Below, piece by piece: positions 21,553 to 36,500 of a stretch of DNA of 64,000 nucleotides. The stretch is from Yuukianura sp. NJ FZ-2021 (lineage: Eukaryota), in assembly GCA_046563655.1 (NCBI GenBank), contig JAJCTO010000011.1:62001-126000 (forward strand). The letters run 5' to 3'. Positions within the stretch are counted from its first letter, which is position 1; each line of letters opens with the position of its first letter. The notes below the pieces were generated by a model. It ran no database searches. It was given only the letters and a program-made list of their open reading frames with translations, and was not told the DNA's origin. A program made the translations under genes and the position numbers.

Positions 21553-24500
21553 TTCAGGAGGATTTCAGAAAAGTTACTCATTTTCGCCCGGCATCGCTCC
21601 GCGTGGAGGTTTTTCGATTGATTTGTTTTGAAACAAATTTTCATAAGAAAAAGGGTCACGAGATGAGGGACGACACAGCAAATGAACGTGAGTTCCTGTA
21701 GCACTTTTTATGAGGATTCCAAAAATATAGTTGACTTTTACCCAGCATCGTTCCGGAATGCATTTCTTTTGAATTCTTTGTTTTGAAACATGGATTTTCA
21801 TAAATAAAGGTAACAAGATGATGGACGACACAGCAAGTGAAAGTGGGTTCCTGCACTTTTTATGAGGATTTCAAAAGTATAGTTGACTTTTACCCAGCAT
21901 CGTTTCGGAATGCATTTCTTTTGAATTTTCTGTTTTGAAACATGAATTTTCATAAATAAAGGTAACAAGATGATGGACGACACAGCAAGTGAAAGTGGGT
22001 TCCTGTAGCACTTTTTATGAGGATTTCAAAAATGTAATTTACTTTCTGTTCATTCTCACATTTGCATGTTCACTCCCACAAATTTAAGCCGTTTTGTGTC
22101 AAAATGGTGCTCGACATTGCCCTGGGTGCCGTATTCCAACCCAAGATAAAATCCGAGGTTGAGCGTTTCATTCAGACTTTTAAGTACGCTCTAACCAGAT
22201 TTAATTGCGATCTATCCACGCCAATTAAACTTGGGTTCCTGTAGTACTTTTCAGGAGGATTTCAGAAAAGTTACTCATTTTCACCCGGCAGCGCTCCGCG
22301 TGGAGGTTTTTTGAATGATTTGTTTCGACAAATTTTCATAAATAAAGGGTCACGAGATGAGGGACGACACAGCAAATGAACGTGGGTTCCTGTAGTACTT
22401 TTCAGGAGGATTTCAAAAAAGTAACTCATTTTCGCCCGTCATCGCTCCGCGTGGAGGTTTTTCGATTGATTTGTTTTGAAACAAATTTTCATAAAAAAAG
22501 GGTCACGAGATGAGGGACGACACAGCAACTGAACGTGGGTTCCTGTAGCACTTTTTATGAGGATTCCAAAAATATAGTTGACTTTTACCCAGCATCGTTC
22601 CGGAATGCATTTCTTTTGAATTCTTTGTTTTGAAACATGGATTTTCATAAATAAAGGTAACAAGATGATGGACGACACAGCAAGTGAAAGTGGGTTCCTG
22701 CACTTTTTATGAGGATTTCAAAAGTATAGTTGACTTTTACCCAGCATCGTTTCGGAATGCATTTCTTTTGAATTCTTTGTTTTGAAACATGGATTTTCAT
22801 AAATAAAGGTAACAAGATGATGGACGACACAGCAAGTGAAAGCGGGTTCCTGTAGCACTTTTTATGAGGATTTCAAAAATGTAATTTACTTTCTGTTCAT
22901 TCTCACATTTGCATGTTCACTCCCACAAATTTAAGTCGTTTTGTGTCAAAATGGTGCTCGACATTGCCCTGGGTGCCGTATTCCAACCCAAGATAAAATC
23001 CGAGGTTGAGCGTTTCATTCAGACTTTTAAGTACGCTCTAACCAGATTTAATTGCGATCTATCCACGCCAATTAAACTTGGGTTCCTGTAGTACTTTTCA
23101 GGAGGATTTCAGAAAAGTTACTCATTTTCACCCGGCAGCGCTCCGCGTGGAGGTTTTTCGATTGATTTGTTTTGAAACAAATTTTCATAAAAAAAAGGGT
23201 CACGAGATGAGGGACGACACAGCAAATGAACGTGAGTTCCTGTAGCACTTTTTATGAGGATTCCAAAAATATAGTTGACTTTTACCCAGCATCGTTCCGG
23301 AATGCATTTCTTTTGAATTCTTTGTTTTGAAACATGGATTTTCATAAATAAAGGTAACAAGATGATGGACGACACAGCAAGTGAAAGTGGGTTCCTGCAC
23401 TTTTTATGAGGATTTCAAAAGTATAGTTGACTTTTACCCAGCATCGTTTCGGAATGCATTTCTTTTGAATTTTCTGTTTTGAAACATGAATTTTCATAAA
23501 TAAAGGTAACACGATGATGGACGACACAGCAAGTGAAAGTGGGTTCCTGTAGCACTTTTTATGAGGATTTCAAAAATGTAATTTACTTTCTGTTCATTCT
23601 CACATTTGCATGTTCACTCCCACAAATTTAAGTCGTTTTGTGTCAAAATGGTGCTCGACATTGCCCTGGGTGCCGTATTCCAACCCAAGATAAAATCCGA
23701 GGTTGAGCGTTTCATTCAGACTTTTAAGTACGCTCTAACCAGATTTAATTGCGATCTATCCACGCCAATTAAACTTGGGTTCCTGTAGTACTTTTCAGGA
23801 GGATTTCAGAAAAGTTACTCATTTTCACCCGGCATCGCTCCGCGTGGAGGTTTTTTTGAATGATTTGTTTCGACAAATTTTCATAAATAAAGGGTCACGA
23901 GATGAGGGACGACACAGCAAATGAACGTGGGTTCCTGTAGTACTTTTCAGGAGGATTTCAAAAAAGTAACTCATTTTCGCCCGTCATCGCTCCGCGTGGA
24001 GGTTTTTCGATTGATTTGTTTTGAAACAAATTTTCATAAAAAAAGGGTCACGAGATGAGGGACGACACAGCAACTGAACGTGGGTTCCTGTAGCACTTTT
24101 TATGAGGATTCCAAAAATATAGTTGACTTTTACCCAGCATCGTTCCGGAATGCATTTCTTTTGAATTCTTTGTTTTGAAACATGGATTTTCATAAATAAA
24201 GGTAACAAGATGATGGACGACACAGCAAGTGAAAGTGGGTTCCTGCACTTTTTATGAGGATTTCAAAAGTATAGTTGACTTTTACCCAGCATCGTTTCGG
24301 AATGCATTTCTTTTGAATTCTTTGTTTTGAAACATGGATTTTCATAAATAAAGGTAACAAGATGATGGACGACACAGCAAGTGAAAGCGGGTTCCTGTAG
24401 CACTTTTTATGAGGATTTCAAAAATGTAATTTACTTTCTGTTCATTCTCACATTTGCATGTTCACTCCCACAAATTTAAGTCGTTTTGTGTCAAAATGGT

Positions 24501-27500
24501 GCTCGACATTGCCCTGGGTGCCGTATTCCAACCCAAGATAAAATCCGAGGTTGAGCGTTTCATTCAGACTTTTAAGTACGCTCTAACCAGATTTAATTGC
24601 GATCTATCCACGCCAATTAAACTTGGGTTCCTGTAGTACTTTTCAGGAGGATTTCAGAAAAGTTACTCATTTTCACCCGGCATCGCTCCGCGTGGAGGTT
24701 TTTTTGAATGATTTGTTTCGACAAATTTTCATAAATAAAGGGTCACGAGATGAGGGACGACACAGCAAATGAACGTGGGTTCCTGTAGTACTTTTCAGGA
24801 GGATTTCAAAAAAGTAACTCATTTTCGCCCGTCATCGCTCCGCGTGGAGGTTTTTCGATTGATTTGTTTTGAAACAAATTTTCATAAAAAAAGGGTCACG
24901 AGATGAGGGACGACACAGCAACTGAACGTGGGTTCCTGTAGCACTTTTTATGAGGATTCCAAAAATATAGTTGACTTTTACCCAGCATCGTTCCGGAATG
25001 CATTTCTTTTGAATTCTTTGTTTTGAAACATGGATTTTCATAAATAAAGGTAACAAGATGATGGACGACACAGCAAGTGAAAGTGGGTTCCTGCACTTTT
25101 TATGAGGATTTCAAAAGTATAGTTGACTTTTACCCAGCATCGTTTCGGAATGCATTTCTTTTGAATTTTCTGTTTTGAAACATGAATTTTCATAAATAAA
25201 GGTAACACGATGATGGACGACACAGCAAGTGAAAGTGGGTTCCTGTAGCACTTTTTATGAGGATTTCAAAAATGTAATTTACTTTCTGTTCATTCTCACA
25301 TTTGCATGTTCACTCCCACAAATTTAAGTCGTTTTGTGTCAAAATGGTGCTCGACATTGCCCTGGGTGCCGTATTCCAACCCAAGATAAAATCCGAGGTT
25401 GAGCGTTTCATTCAGACTTTTAAGTACGCTCTAACCAGATTTAATTGCGATCTATCCACGCCAATTAAACTTGGGTTCCTGTAGTACTTTTCAGGAGGAT
25501 TTCAGAAAAGTTACTCATTTTCACCCGGCATCGCTCCGCGTGGAGGTTTTTTTGAATGATTTGTTTCGACAAATTTTCATAAATAAAGGGTCACGAGATG
25601 AGGGACGACACAGCAAATGAACGTGGGTTCCTGTAGTACTTTTCAGGAGGATTTCAAAAAAGTAACTCATTTTCGCCCGTCATCGCTCCGCGTGGAGGTT
25701 TTTCGATTGATTTGTTTTGAAACAAATTTTCATAAAAAAAGGGTCACGAGATGAGGGACGACACAGCAACTGAACGTGGGTTCCTGTAGCACTTTTTATG
25801 AGGATTCCAAAAATATAGTTGACTTTTACCCAGCATCGTTCCGGAATGCATTTCTTTTGAATTCTTTGTTTTGAAACATGGATTTTCATAAATAAAGGTA
25901 ACAAGATGATGGACGACACAGCAAGTGAAAGTGGGTTCCTGCACTTTTTATGAGGATTTCAAAAGTATAGTTGACTTTTACCCAGCATCGTTTCGGAATG
26001 CATTTCTTTTGAATTCTTTGTTTTGAAACATGGATTTTCATAAATAAAGGTAACAAGATGATGGACGACACAGCAAGTGAAAGCGGGTTCCTGTAGCACT
26101 TTTTATGAGGATTTCAAAAATGTAATTTACTTTCTGTTCATTCTCACATTTGCATGTTCACTCCCACAAATTTAAGTCGTTTTGTGTCAAAATGGTGCTC
26201 GACATTGCCCTGGGTGCCGTATTCCAACCCAAGATAAAATCCGAGGTTGAGCGTTTCATTCAGACTTTTAAGTACGCTCTAACCAGATTTAATTGCGATC
26301 TATCCACGCCAATTAAACTTGGGTTCCTGTAGTACTTTTCAGGAGGATTTCAGAAAAGTTACTCATTTTCACCCGGCATCGCTCCGCGTGGAGGTTTTTT
26401 CGAATGATTTGTTTCGACACAAATTTTCATAAATAAAGGGTCACGAGATGAGGGACGACACAGCAAATGAACGTGGGTTCCTGTAGTACTTTTCAGGAGG
26501 ATTTCAAAAAAGTAACTCATTTTCGCCCGTCATCGCTCCGCGTGGAGGTTTTTCGATTGATTTGTTTTGAAACAAATTTTCATAAAAAAAGGGTCACGAG
26601 ATGAGGGACGACACAGCAACTGAAAGTGGGTTCCTGTAGCACTTTTTATGAGGATTTCAATAATATAGTTGACTTTTACCCAGCATCGCTCCGGAATGCA
26701 TTTCTTTTGAATTCTTTGTTTTGAATCATGAATTTTCATAAATAAAGGTAACAAGATGATGGACGACACAGGAAGTGAAAGTGGGTTCCTGCACTTTTTA
26801 TGAGGATTTCAAAAGTATAGTTGACTTTTACCCAGCATCGTTTCGGAATGCATTTCTTTTGAATTCTTTGTTTTGAAACATGGATTTTCATAAATAAAGG
26901 TAACAAGATGATGGACGACACAGCAAGTGAAAGCGGGTTCCTGTAGCACTTTTTATGAGGATTTCAAAAATGTAATTTACTTTCTGTTCATTCTCACATT
27001 TGCATGTTCACTCCCACAAATTTAAGTCGTTTTGTGTCAAAATGGTGCTCGACATTGCCCTGGGTGCCGTATTCCAACCCAAGATAAAATCCGAGGTTGA
27101 GCGTTTCATTCAGACTTTTAAGTACGCTCTAACCAGATTTAATTGCGATCTATCCACGCCAACTAAACTTGGGTTCCTGTAGTACTTTTCAGGAGGATTT
27201 CAGAAAAGTAACTCGTTTTCATCAGGCATCTCTCCGCGTAGAGGTTTCTTTGAATGATTTGTTTCGACAAATTTTCATAAATAAAGGGTCACGAGATGAG
27301 GGACGACACAGCAAATGAACGTGGGTTCCTGTAGTACTTTTCAGGAGGATTTCAAAAAAGTAACTCATTTTCGCCCGGCATCGCTCCGCGTGGAGGTTTT
27401 TCGATTGATTTGTTTTGAAACAAATTTTCATAAAAAAAGGGTCACGAGATGAGGGACGACACAGCAACTGAACGTGGGTTCCTGTAGCACTTTTTATGAG

Positions 27501-30500
27501 GATTCCAAAAATATAGTTGACTTTTACCCAGCATCGTTCCGGAATGCATTTCTTTTGAATTCTTTGTTTTGAAACATGGATTTTCATAAATACAGGTAAC
27601 AAGATGATGGACGACACAGCAAGTGAAAGTGGGTTCCTGCACTTTTTATGAGGATTTCAAAAGTATAGTTGACTTTTACCCAGCATCGTTTCGGAATGCA
27701 TTTCTTTTGAATTTTCTGTTTTGAAACATGAATTTTCATAAATAAAGGTAACACGATGATGGACGACACAGCAAGTGAAAGTGGGTTCCTGTAGCACTTT
27801 TTAAGAGGATTTCAAAAATGTAATTTACTTTCTGTTCATTCTCACATTTGCATGTTCACTCCCACAAATTTAAGTCGTTTTGTGTCAAAATGGTGCTCGA
27901 CATTGCCCTGGGTGCCGTATTCCAACCCAAGATAAAATCCGAGGTTGAGCGTTTCATTCAGACTTTTAAGTACGCTCTAACCAGATTTAATTGCGATCTA
28001 TCCACGCCAATTAAACTTGGGTTCCTGTAGTACTTTTCAGGAGGATTTCAGAAAAGTTACTCATTTTCACCCGGCATCGCTCCGCGTGGAGGTTTTTTTG
28101 AATGATTTGTTTCGACAAATTTTCATAAATAAAGGGTCACGAGATGAGGGACGACACAGCAAATGAACGTGGGTTCCTGTAGTACTTTTCAGGAGGATTT
28201 CAAAAAAGTAACTCATTTTCGCCCGGCATCGCTCCGCGTGGAGGTTTTTCGATTGATTTGTTTTGAAACAAATTTTCATAAAAAAAGGGTCACGAGATGA
28301 GGGACGACACAGCAACTGAACGTCGGTTCCTGTAGCACTTTTTATGAGGATTCCAAAAATATAGTTGACTTTTACCCAGCATTGTTCCGGAATGCATTTC
28401 TTTTGAATTCTTTGTTTTGAAACATGGATTTTCATAAATAAAGGTAACAAGATGATGGACGACACAGCAAGTGAAAGTGGGTTCCTGTAGCACTTTTTAT
28501 GAGGATTTCAAAAATGTAATTTACTTTCTGTTCATTCTCACATTTGCATGTTCATTCTCACAAATTTAAGTCGTTTTGCGTCAAAATGGTGCTCGACATT
28601 GCCCTGTGTGGCGTATACCAACCCAAGGTAAAATCCGAGGCAGAGCGGTTCATTCAGACTTGTAAGTACGCTCTAACCAGATTTAATTGCGATCTATCCA
28701 CGCCAATTAAACTTGTGTTCCTGTAGTACTTTTCAGGAGGATTTCAGAAAAGTAACTCATTTTCACCCGGCATCGCTCCGCGTGGAGGTTTCTTTGAATG
28801 ATTTGTTTCGACACAAATTTTCATAAATAAAGGGTCACGAGATGAGGGACGACACAGCAAATGAACGTGGGTTCCTGTAGTACTTTTCAGGAGGATTTCA
28901 AAAAAGTAACTCATTTTCGCCCGGCATCGCTCCGCGTGGAGGTTTTTCGATTGATTTGTTTTGAAACAAATTTTCATAAAAAAAAAGGGTCACGAGATGA
29001 GGGACGACACAGCAACTGAACGTGGGTTCCTGTAGCACTTTTTATGAGGATTCCAAAAATATAGTTGACTTTTACCCAGCATTGTTCCGGAATGCATTTC
29101 TTTTGAATTCTTAGTTTTGAAACATGGATTTTCATAAATAAAGGTAACAAGATGATGGACGACACAGCAAGTGAAAGTGGGTTCCTGTAGCACTTTTTAT
29201 GAGGATTTCAAAAGTATAGTTGACTTTTACCCAGCATTGTTCCGGAATGCATTTCTTTTGAATTCTTTGTTTTGAAACATGGATTTTCATAAATAAAGGT
29301 AACAAGATGATGGACGACACAGCAAGTGAAAGTGGGTTCCTGTAGCACTTTTTATGAGGATTTCAAAAATGTAATTTACTTTCTGTTCATTCTCACATTT
29401 GCATGTTCATTCTCACAAATTTAAGTCGTTTTGCGTCAAAATGGTGCTCGACATTGCCCTGTGTGGCGTATACCAACCCAAGGTAAAATCCGAGGCAGAG
29501 CGGTTCATTCAGACTTGTAAGTACGCTCTAACCAGATTTAATTGCGATCTATCCACGCCAATTAAACTTGTGTTCCTGTAGTACTTTTCAGGAGGATTTC
29601 AGAAAAGTAACTCATTTTCACCCGGCATCGCTCCGCGTGGAGGTTTCTTTGAATGATTTGTTTCGACACAAATTTTCATAAATAAAGGGTCACGAGATGA
29701 GGGACGACACAGCAACTGAACGTGGGTTCCTGTAGTACTTTTCAGGAGGATTTCAAAAAAGTAACTCATTTTCGCCCGGCATCGCTCCGCGTGGAGGTTT
29801 TTCGATTGATTTGTTTTGAAACAAATTTTCATAAAAAAAGGGTCACGAGATGAGGGACGACACAGCAACTGAACGTGGGTTCCTGTAGCACTTTTTATGA
29901 GGATTCCAAAAATATAGTTGACTTTTACCCAGCATTGTTCCGGAATGCATTTCTTTTGAATTCTTTGTTTTGAAACATGGATTTTCATAAATAAAGGTAA
30001 CAAGATGATGGACGACACAGCAAGTGAAAGTGGGTTCCTGTAGCACTTTTTATGAGGATTTCAAAAGTATAGTTGACTTTTACCCAGCATTGTTCCGGAA
30101 TGCATTTCTTTTGAATTCTTTGTTTTGAAACATGGATTTTCATAAATAAAGGTAACAAGATGATGGACGACACAGCAAGTGAAAGTGGGTTCCTGTAGCA
30201 CTTTTTATGAGGATTTCAAAAATGTAATTTACTTTCTGTTCATTCTCACATTTGCATGTTCATTCTCACAAATTTAAGTCGTTTTGCGTCAAAATGGTGC
30301 TCGACATTGCCCTGTGTGGCGTATACCAACCCAAGGTAAAATCCGAGGCAGAGCGGTTCATTCAGACTTGTAAGTACGCTCTAACCAGATTTAATTGCGA
30401 TCTATCCACGCCAATTAAACTTGTGTTCCTGTAGTACTTTTCAGGAGGATTTCAGAAAAGTAACTCATTTTCACCCGGCATCGCTCCGCGTGGAGGTTTC

Positions 30501-33500
30501 TTTGAATGATTTGTTTCGACACAAATTTTCATAAATAAAGGGTCACGAGATGAGGGACGACACAGCAACTGAACGTGGGTTCCTGTAGTACTTTTCAGGA
30601 GGATTTCAAAAAAGTAACTCATTTTCGCCCGGCATCGCTCCGCGTGGAGGTTTTTCGATTGATTTGTTTTGAAACAAATTTTCATAAAAAAAGGGTCACG
30701 AGATGAGGGACGACACAGCAACTGAACGTGGGTTCCTGTAGCACTTTTTATGAGGATTCCAAAAATATAGTTGACTTTTACCCAGCATTGTTCCGGAATG
30801 CATTTCTTTTGAATTCTTTGTTTTGAAACATGGATTTTCATAAATAAAGGTAACAAGATGATGGACGACACAGCAAGTGAAAGTGGGTTCCTGTAGCACT
30901 TTTTATGAGGATTTCAAAAGTATAGTTGACTTTTACCCAGCATTGTTCCGGAATGCATTTCTTTTGAATTCTTTGTTTTGAAACATGGATTTTCATAAAT
31001 AAAGGTAACAAGATGATGGACGACACAGCAAGTGAAAGTGGGTTCCTGCACTTTTTATGAGGATTTCAAAAGTATAGTTGACTTTTACCCAGCATCGTTT
31101 CGGAATGCATTTCTTTTGAATTCTTTGTTTTGAAACATGGATTTTCATAAATAAAGGTAACAAGATGATGGACGACACAGCAAGTGAAAGCGGGTTCCTG
31201 TAGCACTTTTTATGAGGATTTCAAAAATGTAATTTACTTTCTGTTCATTCTCACATTTGCATGTTCACTCCCACAAATTTAAGTCGTTTTGTGTCAAAAT
31301 GGTGCTCGACATTGCCCTGGGTGCCGTATTCCAACCCAAGATAAAATCCGAGGTTGAGCGTTTCATTCAGACTTTTAAGTACGCTCTAACCAGATTTAAT
31401 TGCGATCTATCCACGCCAACTAAACTTGGGTTCCTGTAGTACTTTTCAGGAGGATTTCAGAAAAGTTACTCATTTTCACCCGGCATCGCTCCGCGTGGAG
31501 GTTTTTTTGAATGATTTGTTTCGACAAATTTTCATAAATAAAGGGTCACGAGATGAGGGACGACACAGCAAATGAACGTGGGTTCCTGTAGTACTTTTCA
31601 GGAGGATTTCAAAAAAGTAACTCATTTTCGCCCGGCATCGCTCCGCGTGGAGGTTTTTCGATTGATTTGTTTTGAAACAAATTTTCATAAAAAAAGGGTC
31701 ACGAGATGAGGGACGACACAGCAACTGAACGTGGGTTCCTGTAGCACTTTTTATGAGGATTCCAAAAATATAGTTGACTTTTACCCAGCATCGTTCCGGA
31801 ATGCATTTCTTTTGAATTCTTTGTTTTGAAACATGGATTTTCATAAATAAAGGTAACAAGATGATGGACGACACAGCAAGTGAAAGTGGGTTCCTGCACT
31901 TTTTATGAGGATTTCAAAAGTATAGTTGACTTTTACCCAGCATCGTTTCGGAATGCATTTCTTTTGAATTTTCTGTTTTGAAACATGAATTTTCATAAAT
32001 AAAGGTAACAAGATGATGGACGACACAGCAAGTGAAAGTGGGTTCCTGTAGCACTTTTTATGAGGATTTCAAAAATGTAATTTACTTTCTGTTCATTCTC
32101 ACATTTGCATGTTCACTCTCACAAATTTAAGTCGTTTTGTGTCAAAATGGTGCTCGACATTGCCCTGGGTGCCGTATTCCAACTCGAGATAAAATCCGAA
32201 GTTGAGCGTTTCATTCAGACTTTTAAGTACGCTCTAACCAGATTTAATTGCGATCTATCCACGCCAATTAAACTTGGGTTCCTGTAGTACTTTTCAGGAG
32301 GATTTCAGAAAAGTTACTCATTTTCACCCGGCATCGCTCCGCGTGGAGGTTTTTTGAATGATTTGTTTCGACAAATTTTCATAAATAAAGGGTCACGAGA
32401 TGAGGGACGACACAGCAAATGAACGTGGGTTCCTGTAGTACTTTTCAGGAGGATTTCAAAAAAGTAACTCATTTTCGCCCGGCATCGCTCCGCGTGGAGG
32501 TTTTTCGATTGATTTGTTTTGAAACAAATTTTCATAAAAAAGGGTCACGAGATGAGGGACGACACAGCAACTGAACGTGGGTTCCTGTAGCACTTTTTAT
32601 GAGGATTCCAAAAATATAGTTGACTTTTACCCAGCATTGTTCCGGAATGCATTTCTTTTGAATTCTTTGTTTTGAAACATGGATTTTCATAAATAAAGGT
32701 AACAAGATGATGGACGACACAGCAAGTGAAAGTGGGTTCCTGTAGCACTTTTTATGAGGAATGTAGCACTTTTTATGAGGATTTCAAAAATGTAATTTAC
32801 TTTCTGTTCATTCTCACATTTGCATGTTCATTCTCACAAATTTAAGTCGTTTTGCGTCAAAATGGTGCTCGACATTGCCCTGTGTGGCGTATACCAACCC
32901 AAGGTAAAATCCGAGGCAGAGCGGTTCATTCAGACTTTTACGTACGCTCTAACCAGATTTAATTGCGATCTATCCACGCCAATTAAACTTGGGTTCCTGT
33001 AGTACTTTTCAGGAGGATTTCAGAAAAGTTACTCATTTTCACCCGGCATCGCTCCGCGTGGAGGTTTCTTTGAATGATTTGTTTCGACACAAATTTTCAT
33101 AAATAAAGGGTCACGAGATGAGGGACGACACAGCAAATGAACGTGGGTTCCTGTAGTACTTTTCAGGAGGATTTCAAAAAAGTAACTCATTTTCGCCCGG
33201 CATCGCTCCGCGTGGAGGTTTTTCTATTGATTTGTTTTGAAACAAATTTTCATAAAAAAAAGGGTCACGAGATGAGGGACGACACAGCAACTGAACGTGG
33301 GTTCCTGTAGCACTTTTTATGAGGATTCCAAAAATATAGTTGACTTCTACCCAGCATTGTTCCGGAATGCATTTCTTTTGAATTCTTTGTTTTGAAACAT
33401 GGATTTTCATAAATAAAGGTAACAAGATGATGGACGACACAGCAAGTGAAAGTGGGTTCCTGTAGCACTTTTTATGGGGATTTCAAAAGTATAGTTGACT

Positions 33501-36500
33501 TTTACCCAGCATTGTTCCGGAATGCATTTCTTTTGAATTCTTTGTTTTGAAACATGGATTTTCATAAATAAAGGTAACAAGATGATGGACGACACAGCAA
33601 GTGAAAGTGGGTTCCTGTAGCACTTTTTATGAGGATTTCAAAAATGTAATTTACTTTCTGTTCATTCTCACATTTGCATGTTCATTCTCACAAATTTAAG
33701 TCGTTTTGCGTCAAAATGGTGCTCGACATTGCCCTGTGTGGCGTATACCAACCCAAGGTAAAATCCGAGGCAGAGCGGTTCATTCAGACTTGTAAGTACG
33801 CTCTAACCAGATTTAATTGCGATCTATCCACGCCAATTAAACTTGTGTTCCTGTAGTACTTTTCAGGAGGATTTCAGAAAAGTTACTCATTTTCACCCGG
33901 CATCGCTCCGCGTGGAGGTTTCTTTGAATGATTTGTTTCGACACAAATTTTCATAAATAAAGGGTCACGAGATGAGGGACGACACAGCAACTGAACGTGG
34001 GTACCTGTAGTACTTTTCAGGAGGATTTCAAAAAAGTAACTCATTTTCGCCCGGCATCGCTCCGCGTGGAGGTTTTTCGATTGATTTGTTTTGAAACAAA
34101 TTTTCATAAAAAAAGGGTCACGAGATGAGGGACGACACAGCAACTGAACGTGGGTTCCTGTAGCACTTTTTATGAGGATTCCAAAAATATAGTTGACTTT
34201 TACCCAGCATTGTTCCGGAATGCATTTCTTTTGAATTCTTTGTTTTGAAACATGGATTTTCATAAATAAAGGTAACAAGATGATGGACGACACAGCAAGT
34301 GAAAGTGGGTTCCTGTAGCACTTTTTATGAGGATTTCAAAAATATAGTTGACTTTTACCCAGCATTGTTCCGGAATGCATTTCTTTTGAATTCTTTGTTT
34401 TGAAACATGGATTTTCATAAATAAAGGTAACAAGATGATGGACGACACAGCAAGTGAAAGTGGGTTCCTGTAGCACTTTTTATGAGGATTTCAAAAATGT
34501 AATTTACTTTCTGTTCATTCTCACATTTGCATGTTCATTCTCACAAATTTAAGTCGCTTTGCGTCAAAATGGTGCTCGACATTGCCCTGTGTGGCGTATA
34601 CCAACCCAAGGTAAAATCCGAGGCAGAGCGGTTCATTCAGACTTGTAAGTACGCTCTAACCAGATTTAATTGCGATCTATCCACGCCAATTAAACTTGTG
34701 TTCCTGTAGTACTTTTCAGGAGGATTTCAGAAAAGTTACTCATTTTCACCCGGCATCGCTCCGCGTGGAGGTTTCTTTGAATGATTTGTTTCGACACAAA
34801 TTTTCATAAATAAAGGGTCACGAGATGAGGGACGACACAGCAAATGAACGTGGGTTCCTGTAGTACTTTTCAGGAGGATTTCAAAAAAGTAACTCATTTT
34901 CGCCCGGCATCGCTCCGCGTGGAGGTTTTTCTATTGATTTGTTTTGAAACAAATTTTCATAAAAAAAAGGGTCACGAGATGAGGGACGACACAGCAACTG
35001 AACGTGGGTTCCTGTAGCACTTTTTATGAGGATTCCAAAAATATAGTTGACTTTTACCCAGCATTGTTCCGGAATGCATTTCTTTTGAATTCTTTGTTTT
35101 GAAACATGGATTTTCATAAATAAAGGTAACAAGATGATGGACGACACAGCAAGTGAAAGTGGGTTCCTGTAGCACTTTTTATGAGGATTTCAAAAGTATA
35201 GTTGACTTTTACCCAGCATTGTTCCGGAATGCATTTCTTTTGAATTCTTTGTTTTGAAACATGGATTTTCATAAATAAAGGTAACAAGATGATGGACGAC
35301 ACAGCAAGTGAAAGTGGGTTCCTGTAGCACTTTTTATGAGGATTTCAAAAATGTAATTTACTTTCTGTTCATTCTCACATTTGCATGTTCATTCTCACAA
35401 ATTTAAGTCGTTTTGCGTCAAAATGGTGCTCGACATTGCCCTGTGTGGCGTATACCAACCCAAGGTAAAATCCGAGGCAGAGCGGTTCATTCAGACTTGT
35501 AAGTACGCTCTAACCAGATTTAATTGCGATCTATCCACGCCAATTAAACTTGTGTTCCTGTAGTACTTTTCAGGAGGATTTCAGAAAAGTAACTCATTTT
35601 CACCCGGCATCGCTCCGCGTGGAGGTTTCTTTGAATGATTTGTTTCGACACAAATTTTCATAAATAAAGGGTCACGAGATGAGGGACGACACAGCAACTG
35701 AACGTGGGTACCTGTAGTACTTTTCAGGAGGATTTCAAAAAAGTAACTCATTTTCGCCCGGCATCGCTCCGCGTGGAGGTTTTTCGATTGATTTGTTTTG
35801 AAACAAATTTTCATAAAAAAAGGGTCACGAGATGAGGGACGACACAGCAACTGAACGTGGGTTCCTGTAGCACTTTTTATGAGGATTCCAAAAATATAGT
35901 TGACTTTTACCCAGCATTGTTCCGGAATGCATTTCTTTTGAATTCTTTGTTTTGAAACATGGATTTTCATAAATAAAGGTAACAAGATGATGGACGACAC
36001 AGCAAGTGAAAGTGGGTTCCTGTAGCACTTTTTATGAGGATTTCAAAAATGTAATTTACTTTCTGTTCATTCTCACATTTGCATGTTCATTCTCACAAAT
36101 TTAAGTCGTTTTGCGTCAAAATGGTGCTCGACATTGCCCTGGGTGGCGTATAGCAACCCAAGATAAAATCCGAGGCAGAGCGGTTCATTCAGACTTTTAA
36201 GTACGCTCTAACCAGATTTAATTGCGATCTATCCACGCCAATTAAACTTGGGTTCCTGTAGTACTTTTCAGGAGGATTTCAGAAAAGTTACTCATTTTCA
36301 CCCGGCATCGCTCCGCGTGGAGGTTTCTTTGAATGATTTGTTTCGACACAAATTTTCATAAATAAAGGGTCACGAGATGAGGGACGACACAGCAACTGAA
36401 CGTGGGTACCTGTAGTACTTTTCAGGAGGATTTCAAAAAAGTAACTCATTTTCGCCCGGCATCGCTCCGCGTGGAGGTTTTTCGATTGATTTGTTTTGAA

